Source: Yuukianura sp. NJ FZ-2021
Taxonomy: Eukaryota
Reading direction: 5' to 3'
DNA: 64,000 bases
Assembly: GCA_046563655.1 (NCBI GenBank)
Contig: CM102286.1
Span: forward strand, 7,626,001-7,690,000
The notes below the pieces were generated by a model, which saw only the letters and a list, made by a program, of their open reading frames with translations, was not told where the DNA came from and ran no database searches. Positions 1 to 11,028 of this stretch are shown piece by piece. Position 1 is the stretch's first letter; each line of letters starts with the position of its first letter. The position numbers and the translations under genes were made by a program.

Positions 1-1200
1 ATTCAGTGGTTCATAATTCATCCAGCGTCATTCCATAGGTCAAACAAAGTCCAACTTCAATGACAGATTTATAAACACACTTCGCTGAAAAGGCAGAGGA
101 AATTAGCAATCCGCGTGACGTGAGGCACGTCAGCATTTAACGCACATCAGCGGGTGTATGATTGAGATAACTTGGTAATCTTTATTGATTCAATTTTTAG
201 TGGAATATGTACTAACGTCTCTTCTCTTCTTTGAATTGTTTTTGTTTATAATATTTTGTGAACTCTGCGACTGGATCTAAACTGACTTTTGAACTGACTG
301 ACAAAGGTGAGCTCCAGGTGAACCCATGGCCATGGCCGGCCTTTCGGGCGAACGTTTTTTTTTTCAGGGAAAAGTCTGATTCGCAAGTTTTGCTGTAAAT
401 AATCTCCTATAAAAGTTGAAAGTTCGAAAAATGTTTGCAGGTTCATAAAATGTAAAAGTCACTAAAAAATTGTATTTGTCTTTTTTTTAAGGAAATCCAA
501 TCTAGCGCCTGGCAAACCAAGACTGATCGCTAGTAGGAAGCTTCACTTCTCACTTCTTCGAATCACATTTGGCGAGACCCGCACCCGGGTTTAAACCCTT
601 CGGGAAGTGACACCATAGCATCCAATGATTCCTCATCACGGTGGTTTCTATGTTATTTAGTTATTTGCTCCGATAACTAAGGGGATGTAGGAAGAATACT
701 ACTGATCACATCACATGTAAGGTTGTGTTTGCAAAAAACTTGATTCTTGATTTTCTTGTTCCTGTGCGGTTCCCTCCTTTTCCCCATCCCGTCTCCTGTG
801 GTTTATGCCATTACGCGAAATTACTCTGAACCCGTTTACGCACCAGATGATTCACTAGCTTTTATGCAGTTTCTTCACTCCTGACCGTAATGTTAACATT
901 ATGTTATCAGTAGCACACTTCGCTCCCACTCGTTTTAGCTGAGTGTTAGTAACAAATTGACCATCAGTCTACAGCGAAAGTCTCATCAAATCAGACAGAA
1001 TTGTCCATATAAGTCCGACGACACAAATTTTGTGTTAACAATTTACAATTTTTTTGTGACAAAGTTACTCTACTACAAAAGTGAATAACGATCAATTATT
1101 TTATTCTTCATTCACAGCTTCATAAGAATCTTTTGGAAGCGACGTTTCGTCGAAACAAGCTGAAATATTGGCCAAGAACTTCCGTACACAACAATACAAT

Positions 1201-4200
1201 ATGACAGAAACTACGGTATTAGTGTCGGACGAGCCAGCCTCTGATGTCAGTTGTCGGAATCTAGACGAAAATGTTTGCAGCGATTCGAATGAGGAAGATG
1301 TTCATCGTTGTCCTAACGGTGATGTGACAGCATGTGAATTTTGCAAAATCCTAAACGTATTCTCCTCGGTTCGGAGAACCCTCAAGCTTCGGTAAGAACT
1401 CCATGCAACATGTATTAATTTAGTGACCCATAATTTATGTTGTTGACATGTATTACCTGTCTTGCCTAGTATGCATTCCTCATTTTCGAATCAAGAATCA
1501 ACACTCCCTTAAGGGGTTAGGTTGCGGACACTGGAAATCGGAAGGATTTTGAAACCATTTCTACACGTTTACAGCGTGCTCAGGGACGTCAATTTCGTTT
1601 CTGCGTTTCAAGATTGTTTCCGTGCGCGGACTTCTTAACGTGATGACTTATCGTGGGAACACTGAATTTCGAAGTTGATTTCTGGGACTAAACGCTAGGC
1701 CCGTATTTGTTACGCTTGTACGTACCTATATAAATAGGCGTTGCTAATACTTACTGCCAATTTTTTGTTATTATTTTCTGCGATTCTGTATTTCTGCAAA
1801 TCTTATCTTCCTGGTGAGTTCAAGCCAAGCCCATTTTTATTCTAAATTGGAACTATGACGCATGTGTCGTTAGGGAATGTTTTCAAACGACACTTACATT
1901 TTAATTTGCGCATTAGCCTGCAGTTGACCTCGCTTTTCTACGTTTTCTGTGAAAAAAAAATCACTCGAATCGAGTAAGGAAAAAACTGAAGCATAACTTC
2001 GAAACATTTTAAAATACAAAATACTATGACCTATGACGGCATTTCGTTGTCATATTGGGATTTGTTGCATTAACCGTATTGTACTGCACACATGAACTTG
2101 ATTTGTCTCCTTGCCTTAAGTAATTTGTCCTTGCACTTAAGCAAAGTCAAGGTCGCTGCCATCTTATTGAAGTCTTCTCACGTTCTTCATTTTTAGCAAA
2201 CTGGTTTGGTTATAGTAGTAAGTAATAAACCTGTTTTGTGTTTTCTTCCGTAGATCTGCCCTTGATTCTGCAAACCTAATTGAGGAATGCCAGCAACGCG
2301 TGGAGAGCATACGAGACTATGTTGAGAAATTGAAGTTGCACTTGCCACGATACGACTTTGATGAACACACGAAAGCTAACGGATATAGAACATTTGTATT
2401 CCTCGCGAAGAGGGCTGTCAGGAAATGCCTTCATGTTGCAAACGACCTCCAGGAATCAAGCCGTTATTGCACTCCGAAGACACACCCGGATTTATTTGAG
2501 TAACTTCCTGTTTTATAACCAAAAATAACTTATTGTACTATTGAAGTGGAGATAAATCGATGTTTTTCTACAGAAAGCTACTAGACTGGAATCGGATCTT
2601 TTTCGTGATGTCAACAATTATGTCATGCCTAGTCGACTTTGTCAATGAAGACAAGGCCGGATCCCTCTTCACATCTTCCCCTGAAATGCTCAATCGGCTC
2701 ATTGCCATTTCCGTGGAACGAGTAAATGTCATTGGGTTTCAAGGAAAACTCCTAGGATTTCAGGTGAGTGTTGTAAATAATGTGTTCGGATTTGGTAAAA
2801 CTGGCGAATGACTGGAATGATTTTTTTAGTTTTGCAAATCAGTTCGGAACCCACTATGGTTTGTTTCCACACTGATGGCGGCATATTCTGAGATTTACCA
2901 GTCAGAAGGATTTTTCAGATCTTCTATCGCCTCCTCAAAGGCATGTAAGTCAGATAGTTTCATTTTAACGGTACGTGTGGCGTTAGTAAAAAAAACTGTT
3001 TTACGCTGTTTAGAATTTGTTTTATTTTTGGTTTATTATGAAATTCTTGTTTATTTTAGTTATTTACTACTGGAGGAACCCCAGCGAACGCGCAGAGAGG
3101 ATTGCGAAGATTTGTGCTGAAGATCCTCTAAACTTTTTCAAACAGTTTTGGCTGATTCAAGAAAAAGGTAAATTGTTTTAAATTGTAACTCATTCAAATC
3201 CGTTTTGGAAAAGTTACATAACTAACCTGAGGATTAATTTTTCTTAGGTCTGCCTAGAATCGTTTCCAACTGTCTTGGGGAACCAGTTGACGCTAACTTA
3301 GGTAAAAGTTATGGTTATAAAGTTACTCAATGTGGCTAACAGCATTACACTGCTCAGCATTGCACTCCTCTTTGACTACGGATGAACATTCACGTTTACC
3401 AAAGATTTAACTTTTGATTTTTTTTTTACAGAGATTTCCATTCCTCCTATGCATATATCAGCCAAAACTAAATCAGGGAAAGAACTAAGATTTCTTCCGC
3501 CATTTGAATATGTGGGAGTGAAGCCAATCATGCTACGACTAATTTCGCACAAGATTAGGCCTGGGGCTGTTGGTAGTGGACATTCTGCATCATCGACACA
3601 GGAAAAATTATCGAGCACATTAATCATCCACTGTCACGGTGGTGGGTTCGTAGCGCAAGTAAGGAATCAGTTTGTGGTCTTTACTGTGTTTGTTTTGAAA
3701 ACCTAAAAATTCACCGTTTGGATTCAGTTTCATTATTATGCTGAAAACGTTTTACTTTCAGAGTTCAAACTCGCATCTCGTATATCTCAAGTCGTTCGCA
3801 AGAGGCGTTGGAGCTCCAATAATTTCCGTCGATTACTCACTTTCTCCAGAAGCACCTTACCCTCGAGCATTGCATGAAGCATTTTACGCTTACCTTTGGG
3901 CTCTTGAAAATTCTCATTTGCTAGGAAGCACTGCTGAGAAAATCATACTCACAGGTAATATTATCAATATATGTATAAGTCAAAACATTCACAGTTTTAG
4001 GCGGAAGAAGGAATTGATGATAAGGCTGCTTTACTTTTCAGGAGATTCTGCTGGTGGATTTCTTTTGACTGGAGTGACGCTGTTATGCATTGAGTTTGGT
4101 ATAAGAGTTCCTGACGGTCTCTTGCTTGCGTATGCTCCACAACTCTTGGAATCAGCCATCAGCCCAGCAAGATTGTTGAGTTTGGCAGATCCCTTAATTC

Positions 4201-4882
4201 CATATCCGGCCCTAGCTGCATGTCTCGGAGGTATGCGACTCGATTAACGTGTTTTCATTTGCTCGATTTGTGAAATGAATTAATTTTTGTATTAACTATT
4301 CATTAGCTTACGTTGGAAAAACATTTAACCCGGAATTGGCAAAACTTCCGGGATGCTTTGTGGACGGACCGTGGGAGCCGGAGGAATGCGGCAATACCGA
4401 GTATTGTTCACAGAAATTTATGAGCATAGAGTTGGAACAACTAGATGGAGTTAAGCTACCTCAGGACGACTGGCATCTTTCTCCGTTGCTTGCTCCCGAC
4501 TACATACTTGCTCAGTTCCCACCGACGTCACTTGTGGTAAGGAACGAATGTTTAAGGAAAGTAGGCTAATAATTGAGTGAGTTTTTGAATAACAATTTCG
4601 TTGTTTCTTTGTAGACTACTGCATTTGATCCCTGCCAAGATGACTGTGTAGAATTCGGAAAACGGCTAAAGGGATTAGGCGTGCCAACAACGTTAGATGT
4701 TCTAGATTTGCTACCACACGGGTTTCTAAACTTCAGTCGGGTACGTCATTGGTTCGAATAGTATAATCACATTAAACCTTGTCATACTAATCATTTACAG
4801 TGATAATATATACAAATAGGTTAGTCCGGAATGCTACCAAGGAGTCGAAGTCTGTTTTCGTCGTTTGAAAGGTTTTTGTTAG
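1201..4882 (+). CDS. Hsl: Hormone-sensitive lipase (HSL/LIPE family), multi-exon
   Basis: Spliced ORFs carry HSL N-domain motifs (YDFDEHTKANGYRT, LLGFQF), HCHGGGF, SVDYSLSPEAPYPRAL, the nucleophile GDSAG, the Asp in AFDPCQDD and the His in LPHGFLNF. GT-AG phases are consistent at the junctions checked (1391/2254, 2499/2574, 2763/2830, 2944/3060). Stop TAG at 4880-4882. The first coding exon (ATG 1201) is less certain. Confidence 0.9.
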
Positions 4883-5959
4883 GCCGGAACAACCAAAAGC
4901 AAATTACCGCGAAAACCCCAACATTCTACACTTTGAACAGCACTTCCGAGTGAATACCAGTAATTCGGATATGTACTGTACGTAAAATGGTGGTTCCTAA
5001 TGTCTAACTTTATACTGTAACTTAATCGAAAATGGTCTGAAAATTCTAGTGCAGTTTTTTTTGTACTTCATTTGCATGCTCGTTTCCAAAAATATGAAGA
5101 CGTATTTCAATTTGTAAGAAGTCGATAGTTTTATAGTAGGTTAGCTAGTAATGATTAATGCAATTTTACCCGCATAGCTGTTAAGTATTTTTGACGTACT
5201 ATACGAAAAACGTCTTCTCTGTAAAACCTTTTTTTTTTTGTTTTACACTGTAACGCTTCAAACGCAAATCATTCGGTGGGTTTCTTTAATGTCGAAAACG
5301 AATTAAAAATAAACAATTTATTAGAATTACTAGTTCGGAAAATTGTACACTTTTGTAATTGTAAAGTAATTTATTTTTCGGTCCCTATCTGACCCTGACA
5401 AATTCGTTTAAAACACACGAGGTTGATAAGCGGCATTAGAGAATGACTATTTAGGTTAATCTTACGCAATATTTTTTCTAGAGGATTACACAAGAATTTA
5501 TTCGCTGGCGTATCTGTTGACTTAGGTCGACCGAACAGATCCTGCTGGAGATTCATAATTTCAACATCTTTCATTAGTCCATGTCATAAAAGAGAGTATC
5601 TGTTGCTAACATTGGCAAATTGGAGTATGTCCTCGTGATGTGCTAAAACCGCGAAAGCCGCAAGCGAAGGAACATGAAACATGATACACGTAATTACATA
5701 TGTAAATCACGTTACGGAAATTTCCACAAGTGGCGTGGCGGCATTTACTATTCATCAGACTCTAGTATTTATTCATTAATGTCTAGAGAAAATAAAATAA
5801 TATTATCTAAAGCGCGTCAAGCTTTTAGCGTTTGTTCCCCAAACTTGTCTGATCCCCCAAAGGTTGAGGAGACCAAAAGGGACCTTTCGACTTAAAAACT
5901 TTTTAGATTAGTGACCGTTCCATCTCTGTGACAGGATTTACACTTTGGATTGAAAAAAC

Positions 5960-6800
5960 CTGGGGGTTCTGGAGATATAGACCTTATAAGTTGCATAATG
6001 GGGTCGCTCGTGCTATTCGGGTCTATAACTCCAGAACCACTGGAGCGATTTTCAATCTGTCTTCACATTTCTACTTCACATATTCCAGGGGTGTCTAATC
6101 AGTGTCCAGCTTGACCGGATGTTGTCCAGGTCCGGGTCAAAGGTCAAGGTCAAATACAATTTTGACAGAAATCGGGAAAATGACCTATACAAAAGTTGTT
6201 CATCTCATCGAGACGAACAACTTTTGTATAGGTGACCTTGACCTTTGACCTGGGGTTCTGGAGATATAGACCTTGGAAGTTGCATAATGGGGTCGCTCGT
6301 GCTATTTGCGTCTATAACTCCAGAACCACTTTACCGATTTTCAATCTGTTTCCACATTTGCGTTTCACATATTCCAGGGGTGTCTAATCAGTGTCCAGCT
6401 TGACCGGAAGTTGTCCATGTCCAGGTCAAAGGTCAAGGTCAAATACTTTATTTACGGAAATCGAAAAAATGACTTCTACAAAAGTTGTTTATCTCATTGG
6501 GCTGAACAACTTTTGTAAAGGTGACCTTGACCTTTGATCTACGGTTACAGAGATACAGACGATAGAAGTTGCAAAATTGCGTCCCTCGTCCTACTCGGGG
6601 AAGCATGACCTACTTTATGTTTTTCTCCGAGTCCGGCTGTCTGTCTGTCTGTCCGTCTGCTTGTCTGCCTGTCTGTCCGTCTTCCTGTCTGTCCGTCTTC
6701 CTGTCTGTACTATAACTATACCTCCGAAACCCCTGGACCGATTTGCAATCTGTCTTCGTAAATCGGTTTGTCATAGCCTGGGGGTGAGGACACAATTTCC
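5960..6800. mobile_element. Non-autonomous Helentron-associated (HINE/DINE-1-like) element: ~289-bp tandem units with internal inverted repeats, followed by a (CTGT/CCGT)n microsatellite
   Basis: Units start near 5961, 6251 and 6540 (degenerate). Each holds nested IRs. A GTCY-type microsatellite at ~6636-6708 is followed by another partial unit (ataactatacctccgaaacccctggaccgatttgcaatctg). This layout matches HINE/DINE-1 elements; the termini were not resolved. Confidence 0.6.
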
Positions 6801-6995
6801 GGATTGTGTGGTCTAGCTTCCTTTCGCTACTTACGTACGGCGTTTACTACGGTTTATTATTAATTTTTTGTATTTTGAGAGGTGCTGGTTTAAACAGGGC
6901 TGCGAGACTTGAACTCCCCTCTCGTCGCACCCCATTCGTTTTTTTTTTCACGTGGAAGAAGTTTCAAACAAACCACGGGTTACTCCTACTCGGGT

Positions 6996-7310
6996 TATCC
7001 TTCCCGATCTCTAATTTTTTTTTGGTTGCTAGGGTTTACCTTCCCTTCCCGATCTCTAATTTTTTTTGGTTGCTAGGGTTTACCTTCCTTTCCCGATCTC
7101 TGATTTATTTTGGTTGCTAGGGTTTACCTTCCCTTCCCGATCTCTAATTTTTTTTGGTTGCTAGGGTTTACCTTCCCTTCCCGATCTCTAATTTTTTTTG
7201 GTTGCTAGGGTTTACCTTGCTTTCCCGATCTCTGATTTATTTTGGTTGCTAGGGTTTACCTTCCCTTCCCGATCTCTAATTTTTTTGGTTACTTGGATTT
7301 TCCTTCCCAT
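6996..7310. repeat. 44-bp minisatellite, ~7 copies
   Basis: GGTTGCTAGGGTTTACC recurs at 7024, 7068, 7112, 7156, 7200 and 7244, with a degenerate copy at 7287. Confidence 0.95.
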
Positions 7311-7899
7311 TACTTAATTTTTTTTAAAATAAAATAAAAAACATTTTTTCTTACCCTCCAAGACTTGACATGTTCACCAAGGTCTCGATTTCGTCACGGC
7401 ATTGAAAATTTGTTGGGCAAGAGAAGTGCCCTCCGCGGTTGTGGCAAAAAATTGCCCGGAGCAACTTAAAAGTAAGAAAAGTTATTCTCACTTAATCCCG
7501 AAAATAAATTTTGGCACTTTAGTATTAGATTTATTACGCATAGTTAACTGTGATCCCAAAATGCGTGATGTCTAGGCCAGGACTTGGTGCAATGTTTAGA
7601 AGGCCGGTTCCTCGCAGAGCCACATATCTTGTGGGATTTCGGATAGTGTCATTGTGGATTTGACAGGCGTATCGGTGGTTTTTAATTTGTGTAGCATCCC
7701 CCAGGTTATGGTCGTCTGCAACGAATACAAATTAGATAACAATTTACCGTAAGTAAATTAATAAACATAGCATTAGTAATTCAAAATGCATAATTGAGGC
7801 TCGGCGCTCGCTAATTTACACAAAAGTCAATTGATACTCTAAAATTTCATCCTTTTCCATTATCAAGAGTTGATTCAATATTTGGAAATCGACTGACGC

Positions 7900-9029
7900 T
7901 GTGACGGGACAGAGAACCTGCAGTACAGGGAAAGACAGTAAGATATGCCAAAGGGGTCTTGGTAGCTCAGTGGACAGAGCAAGCTCCCCGGAATGGAGAT
8001 AGGCGTGGGTTCGATTCCCACCCAGACTCATATTTTTGGCATAGCGTTGGGCTATACTGTCATATGTGGCGACCTGGGCCGAGACTGTCTGGGCACATGA
8101 AACCTCTATAAGAAATGCATAGCAGTGCAAACCTGGATCCGTGAGGTCTCCAGTCAGGCACCACTCCAAAGGCCGCTGGGTGAAGCGGACCGGCGGGGGT
8201 GTATTTCTAGGGGCGTAATGTGTGACGGGACAGAGAACCTGCAGTACAGGGAAAGACAGTAAGATATGCCAAAGGGGTCTTGGTAGCTCAGTGGACAGAG
8301 CAAGCTCCCCGGAATGGAGATAGGCGTGGGTTCGATTCCCACCCAGACTCATATTTTTGGCATAGCGTTGGGCTATACTGTCATATGTGGCGACCTGTGG
8401 GCCGAGACTGTCTGGGCACATGAAACCTCTATAAGAAATGCATAGCAGTGCAAACCTGGATCCGTGAGGTCTCCAGTCAGGCACCACTCCAAAGGCCGCT
8501 GGGTGAAGCGGACCGGCGGGGGTGTATTTCTAGGGGCGTAATGTGTGACGGGACAGAGAACCTGCAGTACAGGGAAAGACAGTAAGATATGCCAAAGGGG
8601 TCTTGGTAGCTCAGTGGACAGAGCAAGCTCCCCGGAATGGAGATAGGCGTGGGTTCGATTCCCACCCAGACTCATATTTTTGACATAGCGTTGGGCTATA
8701 CTGTCATATGTGGCGACCTGGGCCGAGACTGTCTGGGCACATGAAACCTCTATAAGAAATGCATAGCAGTGCAAACCTGGATCCGTGAGGTCTCCAGTCA
8801 GGCACCACTCCAAAGGCCGCTAGGTGAAGCGGACCGGCGGGGGTGTATTTCTAGGGGCGTAATGTGTGACGGGACAGAGAACCTGCAGTACAGGGAAAGA
8901 CAGTAAGATATGCCAAAGGGGTCTTGGTAGCTCAGTGGACAGAGCAAGCTCCCCGGAATGGAGATAGGCGTGGGTTCGATTCCCACCCAGACTCATATTT
9001 TTGGCATAGCGTTGGGCTATACTGTCATA
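7900..9029 (+). mobile_element. Tandem-array TRIM (non-autonomous miniature LTR retrotransposon) with tRNA-derived LTRs, Helenus/TRIMp3-like
   Basis: Four 165-bp LTRs (7900-8064, 8221-8385, 8544-8708, 8865-9029) with TGTGAC...GTCATA ends, and three 156-158 bp internal regions. PBS TGGCGACC sits 2 nt after each of LTRs 1-3, and a G-rich tract precedes each next LTR. 4-bp TSD ACGC at 7896-7899 and 9030-9033. Confidence 0.9.
7954..8030 (+). ncRNA. tRNA-like Pol III unit inside LTR1, repeated in all four LTRs; not a canonical tRNA
   Basis: A box TAGCTCAGTGG at 7963-7973, B box GGTTCGATTCC at 8008-8018, D stem GCTC/GAGC, T stem GTGGG/CCCAC and a bulged acceptor stem. The anticodon arm is aberrant (CTCC-CCGGAAT-GGAG). 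A T5 run lies at 8033-8037. Confidence 0.75.
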
Positions 9030-9429
9030 ACGCCTTTGAACCATTCATGACGCCTTTGAACCATTCAGAAAGAAGCAATTTCATAATTACATTAATAAAA
9101 TCTTTGACTTTTTACGCACTCATTTTAGTTTTGTTCTAAAAATGTAGTTTTGGACTAGTATCTGCTTTGGAAAAGTGAATTGAGAATCATTCTTTTTAGC
9201 AAATTCCTTTCAAAACATTAAAATGAATTCCAATCCAACGCTTTTGGGTATTTAGGATGAGGCGCAGAAGCATCGGAGTTTAGAATGATAAAGAAATCTT
9301 TGAAAATAATCCACAAAGACTTTAGTAGTAAGCACAAATCGCCAATTGACCCGTTAAAGTCAAAAGTCATCAACACGTTAGCGGTCGTTTAGATCTTTGC
9401 CATTTTCAGTTAAAAAATAATCTCACCCG

Positions 9430-10800
9430 TGTCAATCAGAAACGCGAAAAGTGTCAATTTGAATTTGCGAAAGCTGTGTTGAAGAGCGACAGCTTTAAAT
9501 AATTTCACTATTTCTTATTTCACAATTATATAGGTACCTCCATTGCATTTATGTGTTCATGCACTCATATAACCAACATTTTAATTCAAATATACTTACA
9601 ATTGTTGAGGACGATGTTAATCCGTCCCAACGGATTATCCTGCATAGAAACGGATATTATTAGCTCAGTTTGGGTTCCAAGAATCTTGATGCTTATATCA
9701 TACAGCACAATCGCACTCACGAAATTGGTCCAACCCCATAGGTTGGAAGTGTAGATTATTTGTACCACTGTAGCGTCGTCTGAGCAGAGTCGTTCATTTT
9801 TCGGTTTGTCTTGTAAAAAAGGTCCAGCTGGGTCCAACCCTTTGAAAATCAAATTTTAGAAATCAGATCTTCACCAAACTGTAATCAGCCACGGTTATTA
9901 AAAAGGTTAACTTTTGTGGTTTGTCTAAATTACAAGGAAGGTTTCCAAATTGTGTTTCCTTTAAAGTTCAATAAATTTGCAGGTTGACGTAAACCGGTAT
10001 ATAAGCTGCGCATGCAAGAACGACTTGGTAAAAAATCGTTAACTCAGTTCTCACAGCTTTAAAACTAAACTTAAGACAGACGATCAAAAAACGAAAACCT
10101 AAAAAACCTAACCTAAACACATGGGCATTTGTTACCACTCGTAATCGGGTTTCACGTCAACCGCCTCAGTTTTCAAATCGAAAAATAACAAACAAAATTT
10201 AAACTTTCTTTGTGACGAAGACGATCCACCAGAGACCAGATGCGTCCACTACTGTGAGGTACATGCCTAGGTTGAGCTAAACTACGTCAAAGTGTCAACG
10301 TCTGTCTCAGAAAAGGTTCTCAATTTTTTTTCTGCGCCCGAGTTATGGCTTGAATCTTACCATCGCTTCTCCACACTTTCTGTTGATTTTTTTCGTGGAT
10401 AAGTTTTCCGGCAAGCCCGCAGATATGGGCGCATAAGCTAAATCCGACGAAAGTGGTCCGTTGAAGGGAAATTTTGTTTCCATTTACAAGGGCAGTGGTG
10501 ACAGTCTCCAATTCGTCAGCGATTATATCATTTCAATTTGAACTATAAAAGCTTCACTTACGCTGTCAATTGCGGTAAAATAATCTTGGCTTGCGCAGTG
10601 GTTCCAGTCCACTACAATAACATTACAAGTAGTAAAGTTAATCAGGTCGAAGAGTGTCTGGAATGGGAAGAAAGAAGTTGCATCTGACTGGTATCCGTGG
10701 ACCAGGACGTACACTGGCAACGCCTGTGAAATATACTTTGACATTTCATCTACGGGCGTTGTAGAAGTGAACTGATTCACTGACCACCCATCTTCACCAG
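9430..10800 (-). CDS. Pancreatic-lipase family (neutral lipase) gene, divergent or possibly pseudogenised
   Basis: Exons encode VLVHGY, CNVIVVDW, FVGFSLCAHICG, G|LDPAGP (in-frame splice), RLCSDDATVVQIIYTS and NPLGRIN. The 5' and 3' ends were not resolved. Confidence 0.7.
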
Positions 10801-11028
10801 GGCTAAAAGTTAAATATTTGAGATGTTAGGCTAAATCGTAAAAAAAGTTAAGTTTTATTTACAAATTCAAAACGATTACGTTTTTGGTTCGGTTTTGCGT
10901 TTGCGTGGTGAATACTACATACTATTTTAATATATAATTTATACATAATTTGTCTAAATCCCATCCCAAATTCATGTCATGAAACTCTAGTTCTCACGGG
11001 GTTTAGATCAAATCCTTTGTTTGTACTA

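Noticed and set aside
6577..6816. ORFs with LSVC/TDRQ repeats
   Set aside because: Translations of the CTGT microsatellite.
7024..7300. Telomeric repeat (TAGGGTTTA within the 44-mer)
   Set aside because: Only one such motif occurs per 44-bp unit; it is not a contiguous telomere array.
7954..8995. Cluster of four functional tRNA genes
   Set aside because: The acceptor stem is bulged, the anticodon loop lacks U33, and the units are embedded in LTRs with PBS and TSD, so they are tRNA-derived rather than true tRNAs.
7900..9029. Retrozyme (hammerhead-containing tandem repeat) or CRISPR array
   Set aside because: I saw no CTGANGA...GAAA hammerhead core on either strand. The 'spacers' are identical and the context is eukaryotic. 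Other ribozyme classes were not excluded computationally.
7816..9139. Repeated ORFs (223, 146, 62, 74 and 71 aa) across the 321-bp array
   Set aside because: They are incidental translations of the non-coding TRIM units; the frame shifts with the 2-nt indel and there is no recognisable domain.
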